From Actinomycetes bacterium (GTDB taxonomy: Bacteria > Actinomycetota > Thermoleophilia > BMS3ABIN01), in NCBI GenBank assembly GCA_021787475.1, contig JAJYLW010000009.1, positions 7,722 through 71,721 of the forward strand: a stretch of DNA of 64,000 nt, given 5' to 3'. Within the stretch, counting starts at the first letter, position 1. Every line of letters begins with the position of its first letter. Shown here piece by piece: positions 32,777 to 42,058 of the stretch. Both the position numbers and the translations under genes were made by a program. Under the pieces are notes generated by a model. That model was not told where the DNA came from and did not search any database. It saw only the letters and a list, made by a program, of their open reading frames with translations.

Positions 32777-33618
32777 GCCTCGGTCACCTCACAGCCGAGT
32801 TCTTCGGCCACGGCCAAAACGTTGCGCGATCTGGTGGCAAGACGCTCTGCCAGCTCGGCGGCTTCTTTGCCTCCGAACACAGCTCTTAAGGCCTCGGCTG
32901 CAGTGGAAGCGGTTTCCCAGCCCTCGAAGCTCTCGCCGTCATCCAGGGCTACGGCAAGGCGCTTAAAGTAGTGCGCCAGGCGGCGCTGCTCGCGGCGCTC
33001 TTTGGCCGTAAACAAACGGTCAACAAGGCTCTCCTGCTCGGCGGGTAGCTCACCGCGCGGGCGAGCAGACGGCGGCGTAAAGGCAACACCGCTGCGACTG
33101 ACGCGCTGCTCGGTTACCGGGATTGTTGCCTTGACTTCCAGTTCTTGCCGCAAACCTGCCACGGTCGTCGGCGAGAGGGCCGTTAGCCGGGCAACCTCCA
33201 GATTGGAGACGGCGGCGTTGTCCTTAAGCAGGCGCTCGGCTTCGCCGCGCCGATCGGCGAGCGTCAGCGGCCGGCCGTGAACGGTATTGAGGGCAAAGGC
33301 CAAAGCTCGCAGGTCGTCGCCTGCGGGTAGTTCGTGAACCGCGACAGGGACTTTTTCGAGGCTGAGGTTTTGCGCGGCTGCGTACCGGTGGAAGCCATCG
33401 ACAAGCACATAACCGCCACGCTTAACGACGATAAGAGGCGGCCAAGCCTTGGGGTTTTCCTCAAGGGCTTGGACGTGACCATAGTCCAGTCCTGCGATGC
33501 GTGGCTGGAGGGTGGGATCGACGAGAATGCGCCCCAGGGGCAGGTCAATGGTAGTGGCAATCTGTGTCTGCATATCATTCACACCTCTTCTGCAATTGGG
33601 TTGTATTTCAATTTTCAT
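32773..33618 (-). CDS. ParB-like nuclease (ParB/Srx N-terminal domain) protein
   Basis: The N-terminal domain carries the ParB/sulfiredoxin catalytic-loop signature (LIVVKRGGYVLVDGFHRYAAA). First gene of the minus-strand operon ending with polB. Confidence 0.55.
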   Translation of the reverse strand: MKIEIQPNCRRGVNDMQTQIATTIDLPLGRILVDPTLQPRIAGLDYGHVQALEENPKAWPPLIVVKRGGYVLVDGFHRYAAAQNLSLEKVPVAVHELPAGDDLRALAFALNTVHGRPLTLADRRGEAERLLKDNAAVSNLEVARLTALSPTTVAGLRQELEVKATIPVTEQRVSRSGVAFTPPSARPRGELPAEQESLVDRLFTAKERREQRRLAHYFKRLAVALDDGESFEGWETASTAAEALRAVFGGKEAAELAERLATRSRNVLAVAEELGCEVTEA

Positions 33619-33705
33619 GGCTATGTTTTGCCATACCGGCGAGCGAATGCCTAGAGTCCCGAAGAAGTCGATACGGTTCGCGATAGGGTGTAAAATGAAT
33701 CAATA

Positions 33706-34896
33706 ATGAATGAATACGTGACAGATGAGGATGGTCATACAAAAAGGGAGCTGCTTGAACTGGGCCGCCAGCTTGGGGCCAGCGAGAAGCAGTTCGACCG
33801 TTGGCGTCGCGCACAGCTCCTACCGCCCCCAATCAGTCATCGCTCGCTTGGCCGCGGCAAGGGGTCCGTGTCGATCTATCCGCCTGGCACGTCAAAGCAA
33901 CTACGTCGCCTGTGCGAGCTTCACTGCGCGCCGTCGCTAATCAAGAAGGAGCGGCGTCTCCTGTTCCTTGCCTGGAAGCTCTGGTGGGAGGGTTACGATA
34001 TTCCGGCTTTGCGCGTGCGCGAGTTTCTTGCCAAGCACGTCGTGAACAGCTTCGACAGCGACGTAGAAGCAGCCCGCGCGATGAGCCCCGAGCAACGCCA
34101 GGTGACCGTTCACGAGTTGGCAACTAAACCGCTCGGCCGGCATCCGGGGCCGCTTGGCAAGGCACGCGGCCATTTACGGGGCAACATGCGCGACTTCCTC
34201 GCACTCCTCTTCACGATGGTCGATGGGAACGTAATCACCAGCGACCCAGAGAGCTTGCGGTTGCTGGAAAAGGCGAGCGGCTTGGAACGGGGACGCACAG
34301 ATACCTGGTGTGGTCAGCCTTTGCTCACCGATGAGAAGAATCACATCCCAGACACGATCGTTGCTGCTCTAATGCCCCTGCTGGATGGATCGTTGACACA
34401 ACGTGTCGAGCAGATGAGCGATGCCGAGCTTTGCGAGGCACGCCAAACCGCGCAGCGATGGTGGAATGGTGTCACCGTGATGGCTCGCTTTGGCCGAGAC
34501 GCGAGGGGCAAGGGCGGGTTTGGTCTGGGCGACTTTCTCTACGCGCCTAGCAATCCTCGCGAACAGGCAGCTTGGTGCCTCATGTTCGGCATGTTAAACG
34601 AAGCCGCGACCAACAACAGCGCGGTGGCGGACATCTTTCGCACCTTCTTCACCGCGCTTGAGACTTTTGCCGCGAACTATCCATTGGTGGAGGCGGGCCG
34701 CGAGGTCGAGCCGTTCCGTGAACTGCTCAGCCCTGCGCGAATCGAACAGGTGACTGCCGATCCCGACAAGATGCCTGAACATCTCCGCGAAATTCGCCGG
34801 ACAAGGTTCCACAAGCCGGATGCAGCAGAGGCATTTACAAGAGCGATAGTGGCAGCCCAGAAGCGGCTGGATGATAAGACGAAGGGGAACTTCTAA
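33706..34896 (+). CDS. hypothetical protein (possible N-terminal HTH)
   Basis: 396-aa ORF divergent from the ParB-like gene and immediately upstream of cas1. Confidence 0.4.
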   Translation: MNEYVTDEDGHTKRELLELGRQLGASEKQFDRWRRAQLLPPPISHRSLGRGKGSVSIYPPGTSKQLRRLCELHCAPSLIKKERRLLFLAWKLWWEGYDIPALRVREFLAKHVVNSFDSDVEAARAMSPEQRQVTVHELATKPLGRHPGPLGKARGHLRGNMRDFLALLFTMVDGNVITSDPESLRLLEKASGLERGRTDTWCGQPLLTDEKNHIPDTIVAALMPLLDGSLTQRVEQMSDAELCEARQTAQRWWNGVTVMARFGRDARGKGGFGLGDFLYAPSNPREQAAWCLMFGMLNEAATNNSAVADIFRTFFTALETFAANYPLVEAGREVEPFRELLSPARIEQVTADPDKMPEHLREIRRTRFHKPDAAEAFTRAIVAAQKRLDDKTKGNF

Positions 34897-34959
34897 CAAC
34901 AACAAACGCCCCCGCGACGCAGCCACGTCCGGGGGCATGGCACACGGAGGTAAGTCCGC

Positions 34960-36351
34960 ATGCAGAAACATGATACACCCACCGCCGAACGTCTCGACGG
35001 CCGCCGCAGCGTCGAACGCGATCCCCGCATCTGTCAGAACTGCGGTTGTGAGTTTATCCCCAAGCGTCAGACCAAAGGACTCTTCTGTTCTGTCCGTTGC
35101 TACCGCCTCTGGTGGGGTCAAAACGGTCAGGCAGAAGCGTCAAAGAAGGGACTCGCCAAGCTAGAAGAGCTGCAAGCGGCCGGTAAAGACCCCCGTGCCA
35201 GCCAGCAAGCAACCTGGAAGCGGCGCATGGCTTTTCGCAACTCGGCCCTGACGATGGCTGAAGATGAACACGAAACCGACGATTTCCTGTGGGCTGAGCG
35301 AGGCCAATACTGGCAAGAACAGGTTGAACCCAAAGCTAAGAAAGTAATTTCGTACCGTCGCCATGAGCGAAAGCCCCTCATTCTTAACGGCCACGGCCTG
35401 CGAATGCATGTAAATTATGGCAGCCTCGTTGTCAGGCACGGCTTTACACACTACCCGCAGGCAGCGCGTGAGCAGAGGTTCTTTCCAGGCGATCCCAAAC
35501 TTCCGAGCCGCATCATTCTTCTTTCTACAAATGGATCACTCTCGCTTGACGTGGTCCGCTGGCTTTCCGAGCAGCGCGTGTCACTTGTGATGCTGGACTA
35601 CCGGGGGCGGGTTGTAAGCGTCCTTGGTACTGAGACTACGTCTGCCGATCTTGCCCTACGGCGGGCACAGATCGAAGCTATAACCAACGGACGCGGGCTT
35701 GTGCTTGCTCGCTCGCTGATTGAGCAAAAACTTGCGGCTTCGATTACAACCCTGGAGACTCTGCCAGCATCGGAAGTAAAGGAATCCGCGATTAAACGCA
35801 TTACGGCTTTGCTTAAACAGCTACAGGCAAAACCGCCCCAATCAATCGATGACCTGCGTCATCTTGAAGCTTGGGCAGCGATCCCTTATTTTGGTGCATG
35901 GCGGGCGGTTGAGCTTCGTTGGAAGGGCACGGCAAGGAAACCGATCCCTCCAGAATGGAGACGCATTGGCGTGCGCCAAGACTTCCTCCGGCGGACGAAC
36001 CGTCATGCGCACCACCCGGTAAACACATTGCTTAACTATGGCTACGCCTTGCTCGAAAGTCAGGTGCGCATTGCGCTTGCTGAGGTCGGCCTCGATCCAA
36101 CGATCGGCTACCTGCATGTCTGTCAGGCGGGGCGGGATTCTTTTATCTACGATCTTATGGAGCCCTATCGGCCGGTAGTGGACCGCGACGTGCTTGGGTT
36201 TGTCAGGTCGCAGACCTTTACGCCCAGGGACTTCGTGATCGATAAAAAGGGGGTGTGCCGGCTTCATCCAGAGCTGGCACGGCTGGTGGCGTCGCTCGCC
36301 TCTGAAGCGGTCGCTTCGCTGCAGCTTGAGATAGGCACGTTGAGGGAATAG
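34960..36351 (+). CDS. cas1: Cas1-family integrase (casposase) with N-terminal zinc ribbon
   Basis: Cas1 hallmarks HPVNTLLNYGYALLESQVRIALAEVGLDPTIGYLH and RDSFIYDLMEPYRPVVD (catalytic His and Glu). N-terminal CQNCGC...CSVRCY ribbon. SD GGAGG is 9 nt upstream. No cas2 or CRISPR repeats are present. Confidence 0.85.
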   Translation: MQKHDTPTAERLDGRRSVERDPRICQNCGCEFIPKRQTKGLFCSVRCYRLWWGQNGQAEASKKGLAKLEELQAAGKDPRASQQATWKRRMAFRNSALTMAEDEHETDDFLWAERGQYWQEQVEPKAKKVISYRRHERKPLILNGHGLRMHVNYGSLVVRHGFTHYPQAAREQRFFPGDPKLPSRIILLSTNGSLSLDVVRWLSEQRVSLVMLDYRGRVVSVLGTETTSADLALRRAQIEAITNGRGLVLARSLIEQKLAASITTLETLPASEVKESAIKRITALLKQLQAKPPQSIDDLRHLEAWAAIPYFGAWRAVELRWKGTARKPIPPEWRRIGVRQDFLRRTNRHAHHPVNTLLNYGYALLESQVRIALAEVGLDPTIGYLHVCQAGRDSFIYDLMEPYRPVVDRDVLGFVRSQTFTPRDFVIDKKGVCRLHPELARLVASLASEAVASLQLEIGTLRE

Positions 36352-36644
36352 CAGCTTGCAACTCGCACTGCAGCCCAAAGAGATCTGCAATCCTAACTTG
36401 ATGAGTGCTGCTACCGGGTTCAACCCGCGAAAACAAAGAATCGATCTCTTCATCAGGGTTTGAACCGTTGCGCCCGTTTCACAGAGCCGTTAACATATGC
36501 ACAATTAACTGTTTCCTAATGGAATTGGATGATCAGTTAAACAATTTATCAAGAATTGTTTTTAATTGGCAGTGATATATTTGCAGGTAAGCGACTCCCG
36601 GCTCCAATGATGTGAAGTCCGTCAAACTCGAATGAGAGAACTAG

Positions 36645-37202
36645 ATGGCCAAAACAAAAAGAAGACTCTTCCTCGCCAGCGCTACAATTCTTGGCGTGGG
36701 CGTTGGAGCCGTGTTCGGGTCCATCGCCTTCTCCGCCCATCATGATGCTGGGAAAGGTCCAGTCATCTCTGACCAAACCGACATGCTTAGCACTAAAATA
36801 ACGCCAGCGAGCGCCACTGGCTACCTGACAAGTGTGGCAGGTAAATCCTGGGTCATATTCCTGGACCCCGCTGGCGGAACCGTTGACGCCACCAGTTACT
36901 CTAACGCCGACACACTTGGCAACGGTGGAGAGGTAAAGGTGAACGTCGAACATGGAACTGTCTCCGGCTACGGCGAGACAGTTGATTTCATTGGTATCAA
37001 CGTGGCAGGGCTTAATTCCTGCCCATGTCGAGCGCTCACCGACGGATCAAACTTGCAAATCCTGATTCCAACCAAAAACGAACTGCTGGAGACGCTCACT
37101 TTCTACCCGTCAAGCGTCGCCGCTTACAACAGCGCAGTCTCAGGGTTGAACGCGAGAGCTGCACGGGTCAACCAAGACCGCCAGCATGGAGCCAATGATT
37201 AA
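36645..37202 (+). CDS. secreted protein with twin-arginine (Tat) signal
   Basis: KRRLFLASATILGVGVGA N-terminus. 185 aa in the AT-rich segment. Confidence 0.45.
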   Translation: MAKTKRRLFLASATILGVGVGAVFGSIAFSAHHDAGKGPVISDQTDMLSTKITPASATGYLTSVAGKSWVIFLDPAGGTVDATSYSNADTLGNGGEVKVNVEHGTVSGYGETVDFIGINVAGLNSCPCRALTDGSNLQILIPTKNELLETLTFYPSSVAAYNSAVSGLNARAARVNQDRQHGAND

Positions 37203-37346
37203 CAAAATCATTATATGAGGGAGTTTCACTCTCATGATTTCAACCTCTATTCTTTAGTGTCAGCTATTCAGGCTAGAACAAGGTATATACATATCCGGAG
37301 CTAGTTGATATTATCTTTATTCGTTTTTTTTGTCTAGTGCCGGGCG

Positions 37347-38429
37347 GTGATTACATGGATCATCAGTTGCTTGCCGGTTGCCTTCAGCCAATGCATAACT
37401 CTCAACTTATCTTTATTCCTTTCCGCGGAGGTTTCAGCCAAAATGTCTATTTTTGATGGATTTCGTGGAGCGGATTATTGGATTAAGAGGGGCAAGGAAG
37501 CAGCTAACAATTACAACTTCGAAGCTGCAAACGCTTGTTTTAAACGAGTCCTTCAAAAAGAACCCGAAAACCTCTCGGCTTTATTTAAGAGTGCTTCTTG
37601 TCACATTGAGAATAACCAACTTGGGCAAGCGCTTGAGCTAATCGATAAATGCATCAAACTTGATCCCGCGAATGTCCTTTATAAACAGAAGAAAGGTAAG
37701 GTTCTTGAAGCCCAAGAGAACTACGTGGATGCCATCAAATGGTATGAAACAAACATCGCCGAGAAACCAGAAATTTTACAAGTGTGGTGGGGACATAAGG
37801 CTTTATGCCTGAAGAAATCTGGGAAGCAAGCTGAAGCTGTAGAATGGCTAAATGAATGTTTGGACGAGGATCCAAATTTTGACTTTGGATACTATCTTAT
37901 TGCGAATTTCCTTCATGATGAAGAAAAGTATGATGAGGCGGTGAGTTTCTATGAGAGAGCCGTAAGCCTGCATGGTGAAGCCGAGGGACCATCATTGCTC
38001 AATATGGCCGATTGCTTTGTTAATCTTGACAAAGATAATAAGGCAATCTCTTGCTTGGACATCGTTATTGATAAAAATCCTGAGCATCCAGCAGCATGGC
38101 GTGAAAAAGCCTTCATGTTAGAGAAACTTGGACACTCTGAAGAAGCTATCACTTGCTTTGACAAATTAATTTCCCTTACACCGAAATCGGCCAGCTCCGG
38201 CCCAATGGGCATCGGATGGTATCTGTGCCACAAAGGAGATTGCCTTCAGAAACTGGGGCTTCTAAGTCAGGCCCACGATTGCTTTATCGAAGCATCCAGA
38301 ATTGATTTCATTTTAGTCCAGGCTCATATTGCCTCCAAGTCGGAAGCAGAGCTGTCAGAAATAGGTTTTGCACAGACTCCTATAACTAACCTGAGTGAAA
38401 ATCAGTTCAGATACCTGACGGGAAGGTAA
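37347..38429 (+). CDS. TPR-repeat protein
   Basis: Multiple tetratricopeptide repeats. The real start is probably MSIFDGF at about 37443. Confidence 0.6.
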   Translation: MITWIISCLPVAFSQCITLNLSLFLSAEVSAKMSIFDGFRGADYWIKRGKEAANNYNFEAANACFKRVLQKEPENLSALFKSASCHIENNQLGQALELIDKCIKLDPANVLYKQKKGKVLEAQENYVDAIKWYETNIAEKPEILQVWWGHKALCLKKSGKQAEAVEWLNECLDEDPNFDFGYYLIANFLHDEEKYDEAVSFYERAVSLHGEAEGPSLLNMADCFVNLDKDNKAISCLDIVIDKNPEHPAAWREKAFMLEKLGHSEEAITCFDKLISLTPKSASSGPMGIGWYLCHKGDCLQKLGLLSQAHDCFIEASRIDFILVQAHIASKSEAELSEIGFAQTPITNLSENQFRYLTGR

Positions 38430-38631
38430 ACATGGGTCTTTTTAGTAAATTCTTAAACCAACCAAACAGAGACAAATCTGAAGAATTCAACCTTAGAGCA
38501 TGCCAGCTAGAAGGTGATGATAAAATGACATTAGGCCAGGATCATTAGCAAGCGGAGATAACAAAGGTGGCATTAGTCTTTGGGACGTGAAAGATCTTTT
38601 CTAGGGTTGCTACCAATGAGGTCGTGATCAA

Positions 38632-38934
38632 ATGAAAAGGCTGATTTACATTTTGTTAACCTTTTTGCAGCTTCCGGCGGTTTTAATGGTCGGGGCATTA
38701 AATATCGTTGAAGGTCTATTCGTGGCGAGCGGATGTATCGGTTTTTTGGTTATAACCATTACCTTAGGCGTCGTCGGGGGAATTATTTTCGTTTTCGGGA
38801 TGGTTTTGTTGTTTGGCTTGGTCAGAGCGGTCATGATTCCATACGTCAATCTTCTTGAAAGGGTAAAAATGAATCTCAAAAGTAGCCCAAAAATAAAAAA
38901 TATGAATGAGTATCTATTTGAGGATGAGCGGTAA
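38632..38934 (+). CDS. small membrane protein (2 TM)
   Basis: 100-aa hydrophobic ORF. Confidence 0.35.
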   Translation: MKRLIYILLTFLQLPAVLMVGALNIVEGLFVASGCIGFLVITITLGVVGGIIFVFGMVLLFGLVRAVMIPYVNLLERVKMNLKSSPKIKNMNEYLFEDER

Positions 38935-39000
38935 TCAATCATCGTAATCTATGCCGTTTGGCCCAAAATCAGGTTTTCTAAATGGCTTAAAATATTAACC

Positions 39001-39043
39001 TCAGAGTTCGAATACCGTTGCACCGCCCCCATCATCATCAGCT
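39001..39043. repeat. degenerate copy of a tRNA/tmRNA-like 3' end (remnant junction)
   Basis: CTCAGAGTTCGAATACCGTTGCACCGCCCCCATCATCATCAGC is near-identical to 42367-42410. A degenerate R-type TIR terminus (ACAGGTGGTCCACAAGTTGTACATCCCTAT) lies at 39278-39312. Confidence 0.5.
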
Positions 39044-39394
39044 CTTCACCAAGACCCGAGGGTGGCCGCAGAGAGTAGACAGCTATCAATCCGATGACCC
39101 CTATCACGAGCAGAATGATGTCCTTCTTCATGATTTCCCTCCGGTCATGTGATTAAATACGTAACAATTACAAATTGCACATGCGTGTTATTAAGGACAT
39201 AAAAAATACTCCTGAGTGGATATCAAAGTCAATCAATCGGACTGCGACACCCTGGCGGGGTAGCTCAAAGGGAGGGTTACAGGTGGTCCACAAGTTGTAC
39301 ATCCCTATTTTGCCATCAAAAAACCTGTTATTAAGATATTTTTTGAAAGCAATATCGTAAACACTAGGGGCTTCGCACTTTTGGGAAAAAAAAA

Positions 39395-39979
39395 TTATTC
39401 CGAAGCAAAGAAGATATTGTCTAGATCGATGTACTTGTCAACCAATATTGGTAGTCGCTTACTGAGGCCAATTGAAAATGCCGCTAAAAATATGTTCTTT
39501 CCGTTTCGTATCACCTCCTCAATTATAGGAATATAGTCGCCATCGCCCGTAATCAAATATGCTGAATCAAAGTTATCGTTGTATAAATGGTGCAGAATAT
39601 CGATTGTCAGCTTTATATCGACGCCTTTTGCCTTATCTGTCTTTCTAACCTTTTTAAAAATACAAGGTGTCAAATGATTTGGTTTAAACGAGTGTGAATA
39701 TTTGTCAAAATTAAGCTGTTTTATTTCTCTCTCTACATGTTCTATGCGGCTATTATCTCCACTTAAGGATGTATACAGAGTGGCTCTAATTATTTCGTGA
39801 CCCTCATGTGAAATAGCTTCTTTTTTCCAAACATACACATCGTGCTCATGAACAACGTCTGTCTTAGGATTAGATCCTTTATTTAACAGGTGCTGATATC
39901 TGAGCACCATATTTTCACCATCTATAAAAATCATCATTCGCCCTGCGTTAGGGGCAATAGGTCCTCGGTGTAGCATCAT
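39395..39979 (-). CDS. NYN-domain (LabA-like PIN-fold) ribonuclease
   Basis: IFIDGENM...DIKLTIDIL...YLITGDGDYIPIIEE pattern of NYN/LabA domains. Confidence 0.6.
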   Translation of the reverse strand: MMLHRGPIAPNAGRMMIFIDGENMVLRYQHLLNKGSNPKTDVVHEHDVYVWKKEAISHEGHEIIRATLYTSLSGDNSRIEHVEREIKQLNFDKYSHSFKPNHLTPCIFKKVRKTDKAKGVDIKLTIDILHHLYNDNFDSAYLITGDGDYIPIIEEVIRNGKNIFLAAFSIGLSKRLPILVDKYIDLDNIFFASE

Positions 39980-40134
39980 TTTGTTCTAGTCTCCTTACAT
40001 TAAGAGTTTCCGTTAAAGGTCCAGCAGGGCAAAAAATCAGACCAGCGCCTCGCCGAAGATATTTTTAAAAAAAAATTGTGGCGGTTTTTCACTGAAAGAA
40101 AAGATTAAACGAAAATTCCACTCGGTGGCAACGT

Positions 40135-40534
40135 CCTGGTCGTGAGCGGGTAGCTCCAATCACCTTACAAAATGTAATGATGTCAAACAAGACTAGCTGC
40201 AACGTCCTGAACATGAACGGGGTGGCTCCAATGGGGTCAAGATTGGTCCTGTGCATTGCCTCCCAGCCAAATGCTCTCCCAGCCAACCTACTCCCTACTT
40301 CTAGAAGATTCTGTACCCGAATCAGCCTGTGTATCAACTAATAACGAAGACCTCTTTAGTCAACCACATGAACCAAAAACCCCGATAGCGGGATTCAGGC
40401 ACCTCGTATCACTTATCAAGTATTTTAGTTGATAAATAAGTTGTGGTTAGCCAGGACCAGAAGGCGATCGGAAATTGATATTTCTTTGTAACAGTTGTCA
40501 CAGGTGGTCCACGGAATGCACATCCCTATACCCC
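40135..40534. repeat. right terminal inverted repeat (TIR-R)
   Basis: Reverse complement of TIR-L. Ends ...GCACATCCCTATACCCC and is followed by the TSD. Confidence 0.8.
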
Positions 40535-40548
40535 CCTCTGAAAATGCC
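40535..40548. repeat. target-site duplication, right copy (CCTCTGAAAATGCC)
   Basis: Identical to 25837-25850. Confidence 0.8.
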
Positions 40549-40711
40549 TTGAACAAGGCATTTTCCAATGCCCGATATCGTAACAAGCCGGCGGGAATCG
40601 AACTTTCGTTCCCGCAACTCTCATAAAAACGCGAAGCCAAGCCTTATTTTTGGTTGGTGGAATGCTGGCAAATCCGCGGAAGCATTCATAAGATGCCTGC
40701 ATGAAGATATA

Positions 40712-41059
40712 ATGGCTTTCAAAGGGAGCTTCATGGGGAATCTGACAATAAATGAGAAAAAGGCCTTAACTGATTTTCGAAATGTCCTTGTGGCGGACTT
40801 CGGGGCGCTGGACGTTCGTCTTTTCGGATCTCGCGCGCGCGGAGAGGGCGACGAAGAATCGGATCTGGATGTCTTCATCGTCATTCCCAAAATCGACTGG
40901 GCGCTGGAGAAAAAAATTTACGGCCTTTCTTTTGATATCAGTCTGGAACGCGGTGTATTAATTTCTCCGATTCTATACTCTCAGAAGGATATCGAAAATC
41001 CATCCATAATGATTTCGCCTCTTTATAAGACGGTTCAGCGGGAGGGCATGAAGATTTGA
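40712..41059 (+). CDS. minimal nucleotidyltransferase (MntA-like antitoxin)
   Basis: GSRARGEGDEESDLDVFIV, the GSx10DxD NTase motif. Overlaps the downstream HEPN gene by 4 bp. Confidence 0.7.
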   Translation: MAFKGSFMGNLTINEKKALTDFRNVLVADFGALDVRLFGSRARGEGDEESDLDVFIVIPKIDWALEKKIYGLSFDISLERGVLISPILYSQKDIENPSIMISPLYKTVQREGMKI

Positions 41060-41448
41060 ATGATGACCTGAAGAGCCTTGTGGACTACCGGCTTGATGAG
41101 GCCCGCGAATCGATAGAAGAAGCCGTTCTTTTGCTTGAGGGTGGTAAATCACGTGGTGCTTTAAACCGGGCTTATTATGCGATGTTTTATGCGACTCTGG
41201 CGATGCTTGCAATTAAGGAGCTGGGTGCATCAAAGCATTCCGGAGTAATTCGCCTGTTCCACGAACATTACGTGCAGGATGGAACATTCGATAAGGAAAT
41301 TGCACGCTCGCTGAGCATCGCCTTCGATCTAAGGAATAAATCAGATTATCGCGAGCTCACGTCACCTTCCAGCGATGAAGCGCAGGACACTTTGGCAGCG
41401 GCGATCAAGTTTGTGGCCGAGGCAGAGCGGGTCATCGAAATCCCATAA
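41056..41448 (+). CDS. HEPN-domain protein (HepT-like toxin partner)
   Basis: 130-aa all-helical HEPN-like sequence with a TTG start coupled to the NTase gene. The Rx4-6H motif is not obvious, so it may be inactive. Confidence 0.55.
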   Translation: MNDDLKSLVDYRLDEARESIEEAVLLLEGGKSRGALNRAYYAMFYATLAMLAIKELGASKHSGVIRLFHEHYVQDGTFDKEIARSLSIAFDLRNKSDYRELTSPSSDEAQDTLAAAIKFVAEAERVIEIP

Positions 41449-41683
41449 ACGGAATAATCCAGAAGTGCGGAAGGCACTAAGAGCCTGATAAATGGCGAAT
41501 CACAAGATAAAACACAGACGTTATTACTCAAGTTGCGCTCCCTGCAAACCTGATGAATTCTTTCGTACACGTAAGAATAAATACGGCGAAAGATACCGTG
41601 GGTACAAGCAATGGCACACAAGCGAAAAGGACAACTAACCCCCGCGCCCCAATGGTGGAAGCACCTCCGCGATTGGAAGCGGG

Positions 41684-42058
41684 TTGCCAATAAGCGGGAG
41701 CGCAAGGCGGAAAAAGAAGAGATCAAAAAGGATTGAGCCTCCGCGAATTTCTGGAGCCTCCATTACAAATATGAAAAAGAAGATTCCCCTCGACACAAAA
41801 CTTTCCGTCAAGCTGACTGTCCGTGAGCGTAATATTATTCTGGATGAAACTTTTTGCGATCCTCGTTTGGTAAGGCTAGCTTCAGTCGATGGCAAGCATG
41901 TGCTATTTGAATGGTCGCTGGATGAAATAGAAGATGTTCAGGGCTTCGTTGCCGCTGAGGCGAACCATACAGACAACAAACAGCTTGAGACGACGCTAGA
42001 TCGAATATTTCTAAAACTGCAAGTGTACTTGGATAGTTATGATGACCGGGAAGAATGA
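41684..42058 (+). CDS. hypothetical protein
   Basis: 124-aa ORF. The likely start is MKKKIPLD at about 41771. Confidence 0.3.
   Translation: MPISGSARRKKKRSKRIEPPRISGASITNMKKKIPLDTKLSVKLTVRERNIILDETFCDPRLVRLASVDGKHVLFEWSLDEIEDVQGFVAAEANHTDNKQLETTLDRIFLKLQVYLDSYDDREE

Larger units (their letters stand above)
25851..40534. mobile_element. casposon-like self-synthesizing transposon (Cas1 casposase + family B DNA polymerase + HNH nuclease) with long TIRs and 14-bp TSD, inserted 10 nt downstream of ssrA
   Basis: The TIR termini are GGGGTATAGGGATGTGCA... (left) and its reverse complement (right). There are 14-bp direct repeats on both flanks. Internal polB (27815-30778), HNH (30775-31287) and cas1 (34960-36351) with no CRISPR array or other cas genes. 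Both AT-rich and GC-rich internal segments are present. Confidence 0.8.

Noticed and set aside
34960-36351. A Cas1 gene as evidence of a CRISPR-Cas locus
   Set aside because: There are no direct-repeat/spacer arrays and no cas2 or effector genes anywhere in the window. The gene sits between TIRs together with a PolB, which fits a casposon rather than an adaptation module.
38949-39131. 60-aa ORF 38949-39131 and 62-aa ORF 42313-42501 with similar MMxxAVQRYSNxExNIL peptides
   Set aside because: Both overlap the duplicated tRNA-like remnant sequence on the opposite strand, so the similarity reflects the DNA repeat rather than a conserved protein.
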